64,000 nt of DNA. Source: Bdellovibrionales bacterium. Lineage in GTDB: Bacteria > Bdellovibrionota > Bdellovibrionia > Bdellovibrionales > UBA1609. Of this stretch, positions 21,656-33,078 are shown piece by piece (within the stretch, counting starts at the first letter, position 1; each line of letters begins with the position of its first letter). The notes under the pieces were generated by a model, which saw nothing but the letters and a program-made list of their open reading frames with translations, searched no databases and had not been told where the DNA came from. The translations under genes and the position numbers were made by a program. The DNA lies in assembly GCA_965219095.1 (NCBI GenBank), contig CBDCMT010000001.1, positions 1,888,001 to 1,952,000 on the forward strand, read 5' to 3'.

Positions 21656-24600
21656 ATGAGATTCAAAATTCTAAGTATATTATTGGTAAGTTTTTTGTTT
21701 TTAAACTCTTGTTCTAAAAAGAAGGATGGAGTTAAGGGTGAAGATTTTTTTGGATCTGTTGTAGATCCTTCGAGCATAGATTTGGTAGATTTGGAAAGTT
21801 CAAATTCTTTTTTGGAAGTAAATGATGAAGCAAAAACACGGCTTTTCCTTTCCCCTTCTGAGGGAAAAGAAATCAATACTGAAAACTCCCACGTTTACCT
21901 TGGGATTTGGGCAGGCTACTATTGTCGCTATTATGAAACTCAATTGGTTGATGCATCTGATCCAAGTGTTACAGAAGATTCACTTCAGTTAATTTGTAGC
22001 ACGGATGTTGATCATTTCACACCAACTCAAGAACTTTATGGACTTTTCTTTTCTTCTTCACCAGAAACCTTTTGCCGACACACTGGGAGTTCTTTAAGGC
22101 AAAGTCCTGCCGTAGAAACAGTTCAAGAGTTTACTTGCTCTAACATATCTAGCGGAGACTCAGAAATGACTTGTTCTTTAGAAAAAGTTTTTGAAGGTAA
22201 TGTCATAGGTCTTGAAATTTATTCGGAATCTAAAAGTGATTTATTTACTTGTCATAGAGGAACAAAACTTGATTTTAATAGGCCCATAGAGGACCCGGAT
22301 CAAGTGATTAAAGAATCTTTTCCTACACTTAGCAGTTTAACAAGTAAATTTGAGCAAGTTTCTGATGGGATATGGAGGAACTACTTACCTATAAGAACTT
22401 CTTTGCGCTATGGTGGTCTGAATAATATGGATGAACCTGATGAACCTGATGAAGATGAAAGTCCTAAAGTTTTTTACGGTTTATGGGGTCATGATACAGT
22501 GTGCTTTCTTTACGAAGGTTCTTATAGTGAAAAGCCTCCTTTCGACAACACTTCTTTCAAAAAGTTTCGTCATTTAAAATGCGGAGGATCGGATCTTTTG
22601 AGAGTTGGTCTTAACTACCCATTCATCTCTTTAGATGAATACAAGAGCCCTGTAGAACATTGTTCTGAGAGTTATTCGGATTTTCAAGCTATAGGAGATG
22701 ATTTAAGTATTTCTTATGAAAGACAGTATAAAAATTGTCAAATAGCAGGTTTTTCTAACAATACCTCTTCTGCTAAAGAGTCTTGTGACGTAACAGAGGT
22801 ATATAACACTCCACCTATCCAAGGAGTAGAACCTAGTGAATTCTTAGTGGATTGTTATAAATATAATAAAATTCCTAGCAATGAAGAGGATGCTGTTGTA
22901 GAAAAAACCTTCCTCACTATTGACAAAATTCGGGAGGATGGACAAAGCTCTCCTTTCTTAAATATTGAGTCAGAGTCAGACCAAGACAGACTTTTTCCTT
23001 CAGATCCTATGATTACTAATGGAAAGATCAAAACAGCCAGCTGGGATGGCATGGGATGTATATATTATGAAGGAATTTATGTTGGTGACCATGATGATAA
23101 TCCAGATACAGTTAATGAAGATATAGAGTTTAAAAACCTTATTTGTAATCATAATCTTTATGATTCGAGTTTGGATTATCCTGTAGTTTCTTCTAGTATC
23201 TACCGAAGTCCTATAGATCACTGTGCAGTAGATAATCCTACAGATCAGGTAATTTCAGTAAACGGAACTACAAAGTATGAAAGAACTTATGATTGTACGA
23301 GAATTACTGGATTTACAACATGTGAGATGAAAGAGATTTATGATTCACCTATTGTATCTGATTCTCAATTTACCACAAGAAATCTAAACTGTCATAATGG
23401 AGAAGAAGTTCCTGGTACAGGAGTCAGAAATAGAGGAGATTTTAGCAAAGACTTGCTGACATTAGTCAACAAAGATCCTAACGATCAAACTCTTGAAGAA
23501 AGCTTTCTTCCCGAAAGACCTTTGTTAACATATTATCCTAGCATAAGGAATCCTCCTAACGAATACGGTTTAGACGTTCGTTATGGTTTGTGGGGAACGG
23601 ATACTGTCTGTTTTTATTATGACGGCTCTTATTATGAAGGACCTACAGATCCTAATCCTACCAAGACATCCTTCAGACAATTAGTCTGTGGGGGAGGAGA
23701 TCTTTTGAGAGCAGGCTTAAATTACGAGCTTATCTCCCTAGATAAATACAAAAGCCCTGTAGAGCATTGTAATTCTAATGAGTACAAAGATATTTACTTT
23801 GTAGAAGATAATTTAAGTATTACTTATAAAAGAAAATATGAAAGTTGCTCCATTGATGACTTTCCAACATGTTCTGTAGAGGAAATATACTCTACTCCTC
23901 CTGTTCCTGGATCAACTCCTCAAGAAGTCTTAGTGGATTGTTCTGAAGGAACATTTCCTAATAATGAAGCTCTAGAGCTGAAAAGGATGGCCATTGTTAA
24001 AGAAATTACAAGGGCATCCTCTCTTGAAATCGATAAAATTCTTTACCGGGGTAATTTATCAGATATACTTTCGGAAGAAGATGGAGTGAGATTTTTTATA
24101 TGGCATGATCTTTATTGTACACATTATTTCGGAACAGTGACAAGAGAGGAAGAATCACAAAATGTAGATCATTTGGAATGTAGTCATGTGCAAGAGTACA
24201 GCGGAGTTAGGTACCATACAGACCTTATTGCTCTAAGAAGACCTGAATTGATGTGTTCCACTCTCACGGAAGAGTACGAAAAACTCTTTCGTGTTGAAGG
24301 GGGAGGGCATGGAGGTACTGTCAGCCATAGACGAGAACTGCATAGAGAGTTTGAATGTAATATTGAAGGGTTTGAGAAGGGACCTAATGATGATGATGGA
24401 GGTGGCTGTACTTACACTAGAGTTTTAGAAAACGATAATTTAATTTCACAGAAATTTGAATGTGTTGTAAATGGAAAAGATAAAATCTTTGGTTCAGAAA
24501 CAGATGACAACGGTGTAAGGAAGCTTAATATTCCGGATATATTTTCAAGATTTGAAGAGGCCTCATCTTTGGATGGCAGTGGATTTTATAAAGACTTATT

Positions 24601-27124
24601 ATGTGATAATGATGGCGATAGCACCTTTGATGATCCTTGTAATGAAACAGTCAGTATAGCTCTATGGAACGACTATTATTGTAGATTGAATCAAGCGACT
24701 AATGTGTTAGAGAAAGATGAAGATGATTCTGATGATGAAGATAATGATGGAAATAATAACACAAGGACTTTAACAAATCTTTATTGTTCTACTGACAGAA
24801 TTCAAACGGGAGAGGAGTTTTCTTCTCTTGAGAATTTAGATTCCTTAGAGGATCTGTGTCAGAATAGAACTTCATTTCGTCGCCGTCGAGTAAGAGATCA
24901 GGATAGAACTTATGTAGACTTTTCATGTACTGCCATTGAAGGTCTTACATGTAATCTTTCTATGGTATTTCATGAAGCCTTAGATCCTCACTTGACTGTA
25001 AATCCAAGTGAGGCTGTAAAAAAAGAGTTAACTTGTACTAACTATGAAGGTAAAGAAGGTTCTTATGAACATCCCGAAAGAGCCTTAATGGTTTCTTTTT
25101 ATGATGAAAATAGTAAGCATATTCGTAACGAAGATCATGACTTCTTTTATTACGGAGAACTAATACCAGGCAAGGATTTGATTTCTGAAGACATTCTAGG
25201 AAAAAAACCTATCTATTATGGACAGGATCCTCGGCCTTCATTTGATGAAGTAACTTATAGACTTCATGATGATTTAGAAGAACTTGATTATGCTATTAAT
25301 TTGGAACATCTTGTGGATCCTAGTTATAATCATAATTCTCCTGAGCTTATTTATGGGCTAAAAGAAAGACTTACTTATAGATTGCAATTGGAAATGGATG
25401 AAAACAGAGAACTTATGGAAGTAAGTGTTCCTGATGCATCATTTTTAACTTTCGAATGGATGGAAGACACACTTGAAAGCGCTAAATTTATTTTGTCTAA
25501 TTTACAAGAAAAATTTAAGAAACTGACTCCTGACTATCCCTCTCTTCTTTTTTCTGATAATGATGAAAGAGAACGTCATGTTAAAAACATACATCGTTAT
25601 CAGGGACTTTGGAATGGATTCAAGTGTCATTATACCGAATATAATGCTTTTGAGCGTAATCGTAACGAAGAGAACGAAAAGACTGACTCATACAATGAGA
25701 AAAGAAAACTTTTTAAAGACATGGTTTGTTTTTTATCAGAATCTGATACAGCAGCTCTTTCCAGTCCTCAACATGAACTGATTAAAGACAGCCCTGATTT
25801 TGAGTCTCTCAATAGAGAACTAACCCCCTATTTTAACTTACCATTAAATTCTAAAGAGAATGTGATGACCTGTAATCTTGATATACCTATTATAGATAAA
25901 GACATCTTATCTGGTCTCAATGTGACTTACTTATTGAAGTTTTCTGAGCTTGCAGAAGATTATCGGAGTATCCTTGAGAATCTTATAGGTGAGGGTCTAG
26001 CATATAGTGGTGACGGTATCTTTTATAAGTTGATCTTCCCTCATGAGATCTTCCCTCATGATACGCCCTTTCTCTTTCTAAGTCCTCCTCTTGAGTTTAT
26101 TAATTCTTGTTTATTTATTTGGCCATCAAATATCGCTTGCTCTGAATTCAAACTTTTAGATGTGAAAACTTACGTAGACTACTATAAAGTAGCAATAACT
26201 AGTGCTGAAGCAGCAATAACTAATGCTGAAGCAGCAATAACTAATGCTGAAACAGCAGTAATTAATGCTAAAACAGCAGTAGCTAATGCTGAAACAGCAG
26301 TAGCTGATGCTGAAACAGCAGTAGCTGATGCTGCTGATGGTGCAGAAGAAGAATTAGCTAGTGCTAAAGCATCCTTAGCTACTGCTCGAACAGCCTTAAC
26401 TGCTGCTGAAATAGCCTTAGCTAATATTCAATTAACCTTAGATGTTAATAACGACAAATTAGCTGGTGCTAGCCAAGAAAAACTAGGGTTAGCCGAAGCT
26501 GCAAAAGTAGAGGCTGATGCTATTTTTGAAAATATGGAATCGATCTATTTTACTTTAGTAAATAATAGGCCTTATCAATCTAGTGAGGATGAAAGAATTC
26601 TAGCAACAAAACCTGGTATCTCTTTAAATGGAAGCTGTGCCATAAAGGAAATTGAAGGTCATTCTTTAGAGAAAAACTATCGTGTTGTTGATTGGACTCC
26701 CATATTAGATATATGTAAAGACAGAATAGAAACAAGAGTTATAGAGATTCCTCAATACTTTTTAGAGTCTGAAATTACATCTGTGTATGATACCGACTTC
26801 TGTAAAGTGTCAGAAAACACCGCTCTAGAGCCTTTCACAAAAATTTACTATAGCTGTCGCAAAATTGATGATATGGAATGTACACTTGAAAAAACTTACG
26901 AGAAGCGTCCTGTTCGCACAGGTGAGGACCCAGGTTCTTTTCAAAGTGATGAAGAACGCAATAACTTGGATATAAAAAAGGATATAGAAAAGAGAGTATT
27001 AACTGAATCTGTAGAAGAAGACAGAGATCTTATCACAAATTCCACTGACTTAGATAGACCTGAGGGTACAAATGCTCTTCTTCATATGATTTTAAGATGT
27101 AATAACGGAAGACCTGATTATTAA
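21656..27124 (+). CDS. Giant acidic Cys-rich repeat lipoprotein
   Basis: RBS GGAGG; lipobox-like LNSC; internal repeats; heptad region. Confidence 0.8.
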   Translation: MRFKILSILLVSFLFLNSCSKKKDGVKGEDFFGSVVDPSSIDLVDLESSNSFLEVNDEAKTRLFLSPSEGKEINTENSHVYLGIWAGYYCRYYETQLVDASDPSVTEDSLQLICSTDVDHFTPTQELYGLFFSSSPETFCRHTGSSLRQSPAVETVQEFTCSNISSGDSEMTCSLEKVFEGNVIGLEIYSESKSDLFTCHRGTKLDFNRPIEDPDQVIKESFPTLSSLTSKFEQVSDGIWRNYLPIRTSLRYGGLNNMDEPDEPDEDESPKVFYGLWGHDTVCFLYEGSYSEKPPFDNTSFKKFRHLKCGGSDLLRVGLNYPFISLDEYKSPVEHCSESYSDFQAIGDDLSISYERQYKNCQIAGFSNNTSSAKESCDVTEVYNTPPIQGVEPSEFLVDCYKYNKIPSNEEDAVVEKTFLTIDKIREDGQSSPFLNIESESDQDRLFPSDPMITNGKIKTASWDGMGCIYYEGIYVGDHDDNPDTVNEDIEFKNLICNHNLYDSSLDYPVVSSSIYRSPIDHCAVDNPTDQVISVNGTTKYERTYDCTRITGFTTCEMKEIYDSPIVSDSQFTTRNLNCHNGEEVPGTGVRNRGDFSKDLLTLVNKDPNDQTLEESFLPERPLLTYYPSIRNPPNEYGLDVRYGLWGTDTVCFYYDGSYYEGPTDPNPTKTSFRQLVCGGGDLLRAGLNYELISLDKYKSPVEHCNSNEYKDIYFVEDNLSITYKRKYESCSIDDFPTCSVEEIYSTPPVPGSTPQEVLVDCSEGTFPNNEALELKRMAIVKEITRASSLEIDKILYRGNLSDILSEEDGVRFFIWHDLYCTHYFGTVTREEESQNVDHLECSHVQEYSGVRYHTDLIALRRPELMCSTLTEEYEKLFRVEGGGHGGTVSHRRELHREFECNIEGFEKGPNDDDGGGCTYTRVLENDNLISQKFECVVNGKDKIFGSETDDNGVRKLNIPDIFSRFEEASSLDGSGFYKDLLCDNDGDSTFDDPCNETVSIALWNDYYCRLNQATNVLEKDEDDSDDEDNDGNNNTRTLTNLYCSTDRIQTGEEFSSLENLDSLEDLCQNRTSFRRRRVRDQDRTYVDFSCTAIEGLTCNLSMVFHEALDPHLTVNPSEAVKKELTCTNYEGKEGSYEHPERALMVSFYDENSKHIRNEDHDFFYYGELIPGKDLISEDILGKKPIYYGQDPRPSFDEVTYRLHDDLEELDYAINLEHLVDPSYNHNSPELIYGLKERLTYRLQLEMDENRELMEVSVPDASFLTFEWMEDTLESAKFILSNLQEKFKKLTPDYPSLLFSDNDERERHVKNIHRYQGLWNGFKCHYTEYNAFERNRNEENEKTDSYNEKRKLFKDMVCFLSESDTAALSSPQHELIKDSPDFESLNRELTPYFNLPLNSKENVMTCNLDIPIIDKDILSGLNVTYLLKFSELAEDYRSILENLIGEGLAYSGDGIFYKLIFPHEIFPHDTPFLFLSPPLEFINSCLFIWPSNIACSEFKLLDVKTYVDYYKVAITSAEAAITNAEAAITNAETAVINAKTAVANAETAVADAETAVADAADGAEEELASAKASLATARTALTAAEIALANIQLTLDVNNDKLAGASQEKLGLAEAAKVEADAIFENMESIYFTLVNNRPYQSSEDERILATKPGISLNGSCAIKEIEGHSLEKNYRVVDWTPILDICKDRIETRVIEIPQYFLESEITSVYDTDFCKVSENTALEPFTKIYYSCRKIDDMECTLEKTYEKRPVRTGEDPGSFQSDEERNNLDIKKDIEKRVLTESVEEDRDLITNSTDLDRPEGTNALLHMILRCNNGRPDY
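26189..26335 (+). repeat. 7 x 21-bp degenerate tandem repeat encoding Ala-rich heptads
   Basis: GCAGCAATAACTAATGCTGAA-like units (AAITNAE/TAVADAE). Confidence 0.9.
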
Positions 27125-27152
27125 GAGCTTTGCAAAGAATATTACAAAAAAG

Positions 27153-27213
27153 GTAAGTCGGCTTCTTAACAACCCTTGACTACTACGAGAGGGATGTTAA
27201 GGAACCGATTTAT
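27153..27213. mobile_element. Short MITE-like hairpin between convergent genes
   Basis: GTAAGTCGGCTTCTTAAC...GTTAAGGAACCGATTTAT; same end family as 29932..30052 and 59902..59922. Confidence 0.65.
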
Positions 27214-27315
27214 AAAGTGAGGTGAGGTCCATCTTTTCAACAAAAGTTTATAAAAACTTGAATGAAATTGTCTTATTTTAAGACAATTGACTTGATTTGA
27301 AACTGTAACAAAACT

Positions 27316-28212
27316 TCATTTTTGAGCCTCATACCTTTGACAAATCTGAACGCATCTAGATTGAATAAAATTAAACAGAGTACCTTTTTTTGAGAAGTCA
27401 GCTTTAGTAACAAGATCAGCTCTGCGACCTTTTTTAATTTCATCTAAATTTCGTTTATGATCCTTATCACTTTTACTTTCATTGTAAAGAATAACTCCCA
27501 TACCCCCGTGTTTTCTTATTACAGAAATAGAGGGAATATCTGTAGGGCCATCACCAATATAAATCATATTTGAAATTGGACACCAAAGATCATTTTCTAA
27601 AATTTTTTGATTTAATTTTCTGTGTTTATAAAAAATAATTCCTTTAGAAATCTCAAAAATAGATCGAGTTTTCATTGTTTGATCCATGCAAAAAACAGGA
27701 ATATTTCTAATGCTAGACTCTTCTCCTACCTGTTGTTCTTCTACTTGGTATTTGCATCCAAAAACTTGTTTTACTTCTTCATTCTTGAAAACAGCCCTAA
27801 CAAGATCTTGTAATCCAGCGGTTATGATGAAGTGCTCTATATTTACATCAAGGTTTTCAAAGTTTTTTCTTTCTGGGAATTCTTTAAGTTTTTTTAAGAA
27901 GGGTTTACAGTTGTTAAAAAGATCTATTTTAAGTTCATCGGCGGAAACTTTTTTATTAAAAAAACTTTCATTCAACCGATATTCTTTTTTATTTGCATAC
28001 TCAGAAACTAAGTGCATCCAAATAGGAGCATCGGAAGCTAAAAGATAGTCAATCTGTTTTTTACTATTGTTACCTCTTATTCTTTTAACATCTTTCCAAA
28101 AATCTTTAATATTTACCTTTAACAATTCATCAATAAACTTAGTTGTAGAATCATCTGGAGTAAGAGTTCCGTCGAAATCCCAAAGAATAGAAATATTGAT
28201 TGTTTTTGACAT
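27316..28212 (-). CDS. HAD-superfamily hydrolase
   Basis: WDFDGTLT motif I; IYIGDGPTDIP motif IV. Confidence 0.85.
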   Translation of the reverse strand: MSKTINISILWDFDGTLTPDDSTTKFIDELLKVNIKDFWKDVKRIRGNNSKKQIDYLLASDAPIWMHLVSEYANKKEYRLNESFFNKKVSADELKIDLFNNCKPFLKKLKEFPERKNFENLDVNIEHFIITAGLQDLVRAVFKNEEVKQVFGCKYQVEEQQVGEESSIRNIPVFCMDQTMKTRSIFEISKGIIFYKHRKLNQKILENDLWCPISNMIYIGDGPTDIPSISVIRKHGGMGVILYNESKSDKDHKRNLDEIKKGRRADLVTKADFSKKGTLFNFIQSRCVQICQRYEAQK

Positions 28213-28488
28213 AGTTTGTAATTTTTAGGAGTTTATGATTTAGAAAGTCTGTGAAATTTCAATTTTATTTTTCCATCTTGATTTATGTGAATGGTTCTGC
28301 TAGGGATAACTTCAGGAGAAGTACATGTCTCTTTCTTTTGATCTTTGGTCGTTTTATTTTTTTTAACCTTCATATCTTGTACCAAAAAAGTTTATATATT
28401 AACATTTTTATAGCACACTTTTTTTCTAAATGAAAGTCTAAGCGCATCAGCACCAAGGAAAACGCAACTGCTCACCTCTTTAAGTTTT

Positions 28489-28760
28489 GGCTCCTCCTGG
28501 GAATCTGTGGGTAAAAACCAGCTAAAAAAGGCTTAAAATGGACATCAGGAAAGCAACGTAGAGTAAGACATTCTGTCTTTAATTGTTGAGCTTGAGACTC
28601 CTGTCTCGAATCGCTTTTAGCGATTTTAGTTTAACAATCTCATTTGATTTTTGCTGTATTACATTAAAATCTTAAAAAAGAAGCACCTACTTCCCAAATG
28701 CCTTAAAATGTTTATTCAAAAAAACAAAGGAGGGAAGAGATGCTTTTGAAGACCATACTA
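28489..28760 (+). mobile_element. ISL3 left-end remnant truncated by IS982
   Basis: GGCTCCTCCTGGGAATCTGTGGG; ATGCTTTTGAAGAC start as at 41667. Confidence 0.8.
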
Positions 28761-29313
28761 ACCCGAGTTTCGACTTTTATATATTGCTCAGAGGCCCCTG
28801 TTCTTGAGTTTTAAGTTGAATGGAGGGTTTTTTAGGTTTTAAACAATAGGAGATGAGAGTACCTAAAAGATTGATGACAAAGTTTTGTGGGCTACGATGG
28901 CGAGAATGCTCAAGATGAAACTCTCCTTTTAACACTCCAATCACTGTTTCCACAACAGAACGTTTTTTCAACATCAACTTGTCAAATAAGGGAATCAATT
29001 TATTCTTCATATTTAATTTGACGTTTGTAATAAGCTTAACTCCCTTTTTTAAAAGCTTTTTGAAAAGGTCTGATGAAATATAACCTTTGTCTCCAAAGAG
29101 TTTCCCCACCAGCCCTTTACACAAACCTATAACAGGCTTTCGATCATCTACATTTCCCTGAGTTAAGGTAAAACTTAAAAGTTCTCCGAGGTGATTGATA
29201 ACAATATGGAGTTTAAATCCGAAGAACCAGCCCATACTACTTTTGCCTCTTTTTGCTAACTTTTGAAACACTTTATTTCGTTCTATTCTTTTATTTTTGC
29301 AGAACGAAGACAT
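28761..29313 (-). mobile_element. IS982-family transposase, 5'-truncated
   Basis: GWFFGFKLH, GDKGYIS, KRSVVETV, EHSRHRS; end ACCCGAGTT. Confidence 0.85.
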
Positions 29314-29336
29314 AAAACTCTTATCCTTAATTACTT

Positions 29337-31000
29337 GTAATTGCTCACCTACATTGTTCAGTTATCCCTAACTTTAGACCTGTTTTAAGATAAAAGTCTT
29401 GCTCTTACAGATTTTCTTTTAAATACTCTTTTCAAATGACAATAAATAAGACCTCCATCAGAAATGAGATTGAAAATATAAGAAGTGACTTTGATAAGTT
29501 TGCAAAGAAAGGTTCTGTGCCTACTGAGATTTCTGTGATTGTTGAATCTCTCTTTAAGGTTGTGAACATTCTGATTGTTGTGCTTTTAGAAAAACAGGTT
29601 CGAAAAAATTCCAGCAACAGCGGTCTTCCTCCTTCGCAAGATTTTAGTCGTCAAGGGAATCGTAATAAGAAAGCTAGTGGGAGTCAGAAAAAGGGGCTCT
29701 AGACTTGATAACAGTAAAGATACAAAACAGTGAGGAGACTGTCTCTCCCTCAGAGTGTTCTCAGTGTGGGATGTTTTTAAAGACAGCAGAGGTAAAAAGC
29801 CTTGAAAAGCGTAAAAAGATTGATATTTTTTATGAAATTCAGACCCATACTGTAACTTCTGAAGTTAAGGATTGTCCCTCATGTGGAGCTAGAAATAAAG
29901 GTCAATTCCCTAAAGGTATGAGTGGTCATCTGTAACTCGGTTTTTAAACCGCTCCTAACTTATACTGACTACACTTCTTTCAAAAAAAACCTTTTAAAAT
30001 CTAAGAAACATCCTCTCCACAGAAGTCAAGGGCTGTTAAGAAACCGACTTACGGTCCTCTTCAGTATGGTGTAGGCATTAGAGCTTCCATCATCAATTTC
30101 ATTATAGTTCAGATGCTGTCTTTTAGAGCGTGTTGGGGAACATTACATGGGGCTTATAGGTCGAATGATTTCTCCTGCAGTTATGTTGAGATACATTGCT
30201 GAATTAGGAGAGTTTCTTAAAAGTTGGGAAGAGCAGATGAAAGAAAAGATACTTGAATCAGAGGTCATTCATGTTGATGAGACCTCTATGAGGGTTAAGG
30301 GTAAAAACTACTGGATTCATACTTATAGTTCAGGAGAATTAGTCTTGCAGTTTCTCCACCTTTCAGGTGGAAGGGAAGCCATAAAAGATATTGGTCTCTT
30401 GGATAGATATGGAGGAGTGCTTGTGCATGATTGTTGGAGTCCTTACTTTTGTTATGATAAGATAACTCATGCTTTGTGTGTGGCTCACCTTTTGAGAGAG
30501 CTTAAATTTATAGAAGAAAGCAATGGATTCAAATGGGCTACAAATCTCAAAAAACTTCTTAAAGAGACTGTGGAGTTAGTTCATAAAAAAGAGTCAAGAG
30601 TTCTGACTCAAAAAGAGTACGAAACTCTTCAGAGAAGGTATAGGAGTATTCTTACAAAAGGCTTAAAAGAGCTTCCAGAATTTCCTAAGAAAAATGGCAA
30701 GAAAGGACGAATAAAGCATACACAAGCTCAGAACCTTTGGCTGCGATTTAAAAAGTATGAAGCAGAAATACTGTGTTTTGCTAAAAGAAAGAACGTAGAT
30801 CCTACTAATAACAGAGCTGAAAGAGATCTAAGAATGACTAAAGTGAAAAAGAAAGTGTCAGGGTGTTTCAGAACAGAAGAAATGGCGAAATATTTTTGTC
30901 GTATTACCAGCTATGTTAAAACAATGAGAAATAGAGGGTATTCTTCTTTAGAAGCCATCTCTATGGCTTTAAATAAAAACTTACGAAAGTGAGCAGTTAC
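29337..31000 (+). mobile_element. IS66-family element, copy 2 (frameshifts and MITE insertion)
   Basis: Near identical to copy 1; both TIRs present; no matching TSD. Confidence 0.93.
29932..30052. mobile_element. 121-bp MITE with GTAA-type ends inserted in IS66
   Basis: GTAACTCGGTTTTTAAAC...GTTAAGAAACCGACTTAC; 8-bp TSD GGTCATCT/GGTCCTCT (1 mismatch). Confidence 0.85.
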
Positions 31001-31531
31001 TATTTTTTTTAAAAAAAAATAGATTCTATGTTTTTCTCCAGATTTTTATCCTTTTCAAGCTTTCCCCTGGTTTTTAAAAAACTATAAAAACCAGAACGAG
31101 ATCCTCTTAATAATTCGCAGATGCGAAGCACTGGATGCCCTTTCTCTTTTACATAAAACATAGCCTTAAATCTCATTTCAGGATTTCCTTTGAAAAAAAA
31201 GCCGCTGCCTCTTTCAATATACCTACACTCCGCCTCTCATAGACCAGCTCCTTTTTTAACCTCTTTATTTCCTCCAATGCCGAAGCCAAGTCATGGGAAG
31301 CTTGTCTTTCTACTTCAGGCTTTAGAAAACGCTTCCAAGAGCTTATCACTTGGAAATTTCTCAGTCCTAGCTTCTCTGAGGCTTCCTTTGCACCTATTTC
31401 CTCTGCCAATTCAATGGCTTGCTTTTTAAACTCTTCCGAGTACTGTTTTACTTTTTCCATTCTTTCTTTTACCTCCATTTTATGGAGACTTTAAGAGAAA
31501 ATTGACTGTCCGCAAAAACAGGGGAAGTTCA
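31001..31531 (-). mobile_element. Truncated copy of the IS3 element (orfA 31173..31478)
   Basis: Near identical to ~15645..16169. Confidence 0.92.
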
Positions 31532-31575
31532 TACAGCTCCAGGCCCTTGGTTACAGGCTAGGAAAGATCACTTCT

Positions 31576-32814
31576 TCAAATACAAGACACAGGGATTTGA
31601 ATGATTTTTTCTGTTAATAACATAACTTTCTTTGAATTATTTATAACAACTCCATAAGCAAGATCATAATCTTTAATAAATTTCTGTAAAGACGTAAGTT
31701 GTCTTGCTGTTGTTGTGGTTCCGAGTTTAATTTCAATAGGCAGAATGCCAAAAGCCCCTTCTAAAATCAGATCAATCTCTGCACCTGATCTTGTACGGTA
31801 ATAATAGTAATCAAACCGTAAAGGTCCTAAAGCTTCGATTCCTTTTAAAACTTCCTCAATAACAAAACTTTCAAAATGAGCTCCTACATTAGGGTATTTT
31901 AAAAGGTCTTTTTTTGTTTCAATATTTAAAATATAATGGGCTAAGCCCAGATCTCTAAAAACTCCTTTCGGCATTTTAACTATAGACTTTGCTTTTGATT
32001 TTTCATAAGAAGGTATTTTTCTCCAAAGAAACGTACCATCTGCTATGTCAAGATAATTTCTTACAGCTACTTCAGATGAATCAATAGATCTTCCTAGTTG
32101 AGCTTTATTTATAACGATTCCTGATAGACTCGATAACATCTCAATAAAACGCCTATATTTTATAGCATCAATTTTAGGAAACAATTTCCTCATATCTCTA
32201 TAAACATAGGTCTGATAATAATTCTCCATCCAAGCTTGATAGAAAACCTTATCAGAAGAAAGCACAATCTCGGGGTAACCTCCTTTTAAAAATCTTTCCC
32301 AAATATCTATTTCAGGAATATAAAGCTCTTTTAAAAAAGAAACATCCTCCAAAAGCAACAGAGGTTTTTTAAAAATACTATAGAATCCAGGTAGGCTAAC
32401 ACTAAGAGCTTCATTGACCTTTAAGGTGCCTAATTCTAAAATTCCTATCCTCCCTGCTAAAGAATCAGATGCTCCTTTAAGAAGTTCCGGAGAACTGGAC
32501 CCTGTCAGCAGAAAACGTCCTTTTTGACTTCTATCCTGATCTACGATTCCTCTCATCTCCTTAAAAAGCTGAGGAAATTCTTGAGCCTCATCTAAAATGA
32601 TTTGAGCCTTATGTTCTTGAAAGAAAAAATCAGGATCTTTTGAAATAAAATCAAAATCCCTTCCCTTTTCTAGGTCAAAATAAGCCCAAGAGGGAGCACA
32701 TTTTTGAACTAAGGTCGTTTTCCCTGATTGACGAGTACCTATAATAAGAACAACAGGAAAAAAAGATAAAAGCTTATGGACACAAGATTCCAAGTTCCTT
32801 TTTATATACGCCAT
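31576..32814 (-). CDS. AAA_14 ATPase with DUF4143-type domain
   Basis: GTRQSGKTT, LDEAQ, LTGSS, GGYPE, EIDL...PIEIK. Confidence 0.87.
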   Translation of the reverse strand: MAYIKRNLESCVHKLLSFFPVVLIIGTRQSGKTTLVQKCAPSWAYFDLEKGRDFDFISKDPDFFFQEHKAQIILDEAQEFPQLFKEMRGIVDQDRSQKGRFLLTGSSSPELLKGASDSLAGRIGILELGTLKVNEALSVSLPGFYSIFKKPLLLLEDVSFLKELYIPEIDIWERFLKGGYPEIVLSSDKVFYQAWMENYYQTYVYRDMRKLFPKIDAIKYRRFIEMLSSLSGIVINKAQLGRSIDSSEVAVRNYLDIADGTFLWRKIPSYEKSKAKSIVKMPKGVFRDLGLAHYILNIETKKDLLKYPNVGAHFESFVIEEVLKGIEALGPLRFDYYYYRTRSGAEIDLILEGAFGILPIEIKLGTTTTARQLTSLQKFIKDYDLAYGVVINNSKKVMLLTEKIIQIPVSCI

Positions 32815-33078
32815 ATCCTAATGATACATTAGGATTTTACATATATAAAGGGCCTTTTTCCCGACTTCAGCCTTTTCCACTACTGAAACTTCATAAAAAG
32901 TATGCAATCTATGTTTAAAACAGAGTTGGGGGGTATTTTTCCAGAAAGTTACATTTGTGGTGTCAAAAATCTTTTTTGGGGTATTTTCAAGAAAAAATGG
33001 TTCTATTTCAGTTTAGATTGTAGAATAGGAGGCGTGGAGTGACAAACAACCATAAGGAAGAGGAGTTAGGGGTATGAT

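Noticed and set aside
32861..32898. ~38-bp repeat shared with ~51364..51401 as the upstream boundary of the methyltransferase cassette
   Set aside because: It is not an ISL3 TIR, and its orientation does not define an element; origin unresolved
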